Positions 61,722-64,000 of a stretch of DNA of 64,000 bases are shown here, one piece after another. Source of the stretch: Bdellovibrionales bacterium (GTDB lineage Bacteria > Bdellovibrionota > Bdellovibrionia > Bdellovibrionales > CAYMLA01); assembly GCA_965217115.1 (NCBI GenBank), contig OZ244239.1, positions 640,001 through 704,000 on the forward strand, written 5' to 3'. Below the pieces are notes generated by a model, which saw only the letters and a program-made list of their open reading frames with translations, did no database searches and was not told where the DNA came from. Made by a program: the position numbers and the translations under genes. Position 1 is the stretch's first letter, and the number at the start of each line of letters is the position of its first letter.

Positions 61722-61797
61722 TCTGCCTAGAAATTAAAGACGAGAGGTCAAAACCTCAAGTCAAAAAAACGTGGAAAACAACACGTCAGTAGAACAA

Positions 61798-62457
61798 TTA
61801 ATATCTTCTTCTACCATAAATGTGACAAACACCTTCGTAGATATAGTCTCTGTAATTTCTTTTAGCAGTTTTATCAAAACCACCCAAAGGAGCACCTTTC
61901 CCATTCGTATTTAACAAATTCACAACGATGTGAATTGTTTTTGTCACTCTATGAAATTCAACCTCTTTTTCTCCCTCAGCCCAAACTCTCTCCCATCGGC
62001 AATGGACAGGGTCACCGCTACAAACTCTCTCTTTGACTAGCCTACGACAACTCTCAACTCCTCGAATAAGATCACTCTTCTGAATATCCGTTGTTAACTG
62101 GCCTGCAAGGTTAACAGGTTGTCCACTGACTGAAGATGGTAAGTTAATCGGGCCATTCTCTTTAGGGACCTGCGACTCATTCTCAAACGTAAATCGAATA
62201 TCTGTAGAAGGATTAGGGCCATTAGGCTCATCAGGGTCACCGGAACCTCCATCGGCGTCTTCTATAGTAAATGTTATATGTTTTTTCTTGTGATTAACTG
62301 TTAATTCAATTTCATGTTCACCGGCATTTAGTTTATAGTTCGAGTTCCAGTAGTCCTTGAAAACCACATCCTGTAATAGAGTCAACTTAACTGTTAATGA
62401 GCCATTGCAGCCACCCAATAAAAGTGTTATCAACACAACCCAAATCAAATTTTTCAT
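61798..62457 (-). CDS. Hypothetical lipoprotein
   Basis: GGAGG RBS; lipobox LGGC; four further Cys in the C-terminal half. Confidence 0.75.
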   Translation of the reverse strand: MKNLIWVVLITLLLGGCNGSLTVKLTLLQDVVFKDYWNSNYKLNAGEHEIELTVNHKKKHITFTIEDADGGSGDPDEPNGPNPSTDIRFTFENESQVPKENGPINLPSSVSGQPVNLAGQLTTDIQKSDLIRGVESCRRLVKERVCSGDPVHCRWERVWAEGEKEVEFHRVTKTIHIVVNLLNTNGKGAPLGGFDKTAKRNYRDYIYEGVCHIYGRRRY

Positions 62458-62569
62458 GTCCCCTCCTAGTGCACAAAACATATACATATAAACACATCCT
62501 TACTATAGGCGAGGAATGACCAGTTTAGATACATAATTGCGGCGACTGCACGCGTTAATTTATCCTTTT

Positions 62570-64000
62570 TTAAAGCTTATTAATACGAGTCTTGAAGAAA
62601 TCATTCCCCTTGTCATCCACAATAATAAACGCGGGAAAGTTCTCCACATCTATTTTCCAAATAGCTTCCATACCTAGCTCTTCATATTCAAGAACTTCAA
62701 TATGTTTAATACACTCTTTTCCTAAGCGGGCCGCAGGACCACCAACAGAGCCCAAATAAAAGCCTCCATGGGTTTTGCAAGCATCTGTCACCTCTTGAGT
62801 GCGGTTTCCCTTTCCAAGCATAATCATCGACCCACCATGACTCTGAAATAACGGCACATATGGATCCATTCTTTGGGAAGTGGTTGGTCCAAAAGCCCCT
62901 GATATCTCTCCTTTAGGAGTTTTTGCTGGCCCTGCATAATACACTAGCATTTCCTTAAAATAATCAGGCAAATCTTTTCCGTCATCCAAAAGGTCTTTTA
63001 ATTTGGCATGTGCGCTATCACGAGCCACACACATAGTTCCTGTTAACATCACACGTGTCGCTACTTTTAGGCCTGAAAATATTTTCAAAATCTCTTTCAT
63101 CGGTTGATTTAAATTAATATTAATTTCCTCTTGGTCACTATCAACGACACTCGTTGGTAAAAAACGAGCTGGATTCATTTCAAGCTTTTCAAGAAATAAC
63201 CCCTCTTTATTAATCTTTGCCTTAATTTGTCGATCTGCCGAACAACTCACTCCAATTCCCACAGGGCAAGAAGCCCCATGGCGTGGTAATCGTATCACTC
63301 TTACATCATGCACAAAATATTTTCCCCCAAATTGCGCCCCAATCTCCGTTTCCCGAGACCATTGATGGATGCTCTTTTCCATCTCCCTATCTCGGAAAGC
63401 ACGGCCCAGCTTATTACCACTCGTAGGTAATTCATCCAAATCATGACAAGAAGCTAACTTAACTGTTTTTAAGTTTGCCTCAGCCGAAGTACCACCTATC
63501 ACCACAGCCAAATGGTAAGGTGGGCAGGCTGCTGTTCCCAACTTAACAATTTCTTCCCTAATAAACAGTTCCATAGAAGATGGATTTAAAAGAGCCTTTG
63601 TCTTTTGGAAAAAATACGTTTTGTTAGCACTCCCCCCGCCCTTAGCTACAAATAAGAATTTATATTCATCACCTGAGCAGGCATAAATATCTATCTGCGC
63701 AGGTAGATTGCTACCCGTATTCTCTTCTTCAAACATAGACAAGGGAGCTATCTGGCTATAACGCAAATTGCGTTCGTGGAATGTTTTATAAACACCTTTC
63801 GATAAAAATTCACTATCATCCACTCCTGTATAAACTCCCTCTCCTTTTTTACCCATAATTATTGCTGTCCCTGTGTCTTGACAGGAAGGAAATACCATTT
63901 CAGAGGCTATCACTGCGTTTCGTAAAAGATCTAATGCCACGTAACGATCATTATCTGAAGCCTCAGAGTCCTTTAAAATAAGAGACAACTGCTCTAAATG
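62570..64000 (-). CDS. fumA: Class I (Fe-S) fumarate hydratase; 5' end lies outside the window
   Basis: [36 protein letters not shown]; the frame is open to the window edge. Confidence 0.95.
   Translation of the reverse strand, partial: HLEQLSLILKDSEASDNDRYVALDLLRNAVIASEMVFPSCQDTGTAIIMGKKGEGVYTGVDDSEFLSKGVYKTFHERNLRYSQIAPLSMFEEENTGSNLPAQIDIYACSGDEYKFLFVAKGGGSANKTYFFQKTKALLNPSSMELFIREEIVKLGTAACPPYHLAVVIGGTSAEANLKTVKLASCHDLDELPTSGNKLGRAFRDREMEKSIHQWSRETEIGAQFGGKYFVHDVRVIRLPRHGASCPVGIGVSCSADRQIKAKINKEGLFLEKLEMNPARFLPTSVVDSDQEEININLNQPMKEILKIFSGLKVATRVMLTGTMCVARDSAHAKLKDLLDDGKDLPDYFKEMLVYYAGPAKTPKGEISGAFGPTTSQRMDPYVPLFQSHGGSMIMLGKGNRTQEVTDACKTHGGFYLGSVGGPAARLGKECIKHIEVLEYEELGMEAIWKIDVENFPAFIIVDDKGNDFFKTRINKL

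Overview
A low-GC bacterial chromosome segment. Gene content and regulatory motifs suggest a Bdellovibrionota (Bdellovibrionales-like) predator; this assignment is an inference. From left to right it holds: the edge of a surface-polysaccharide locus (partial wzm, a nucleotide-sugar dehydrogenase remnant, an exact 88-bp tandem duplication, manC); the S10-spc-alpha ribosomal superoperon on the minus strand (no rplX, rpsD, map or infA in place, a long Zn-free uS14, and a SecY with a shortened loop 6/7); a domain-IV-divergent EF-G with no rpsL, rpsG or tuf beside it; and housekeeping genes (M16 peptidase pair, PIN-PhoH, ECF sigma, uvrD/pcrA, PBP1b, ileS-lspA-lgt, purD, thyA-folA, ubiB-like kinase, rnr, fumarase). 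The standout is at about 40.3-45.4 kb. A sigma54-type promoter precedes a radical SAM/SPASM maturase. That gene overlaps a 30-aa ORF missing from the ORF track (MMKHIKIIKNTGKGTKKPSGIQCIPLGDLD), which has a SCIFF/ranthipeptide-like MKHIKI leader but only one Cys. A CHASE2 histidine kinase and a sigma54 activator follow directly. Together these form a candidate single-thioether RiPP autoinducer (quorum-sensing-like) circuit. Two highly structured non-coding elements lie at about 35.1-35.6 kb. No tRNA, rRNA, CRISPR array or transposase was seen.
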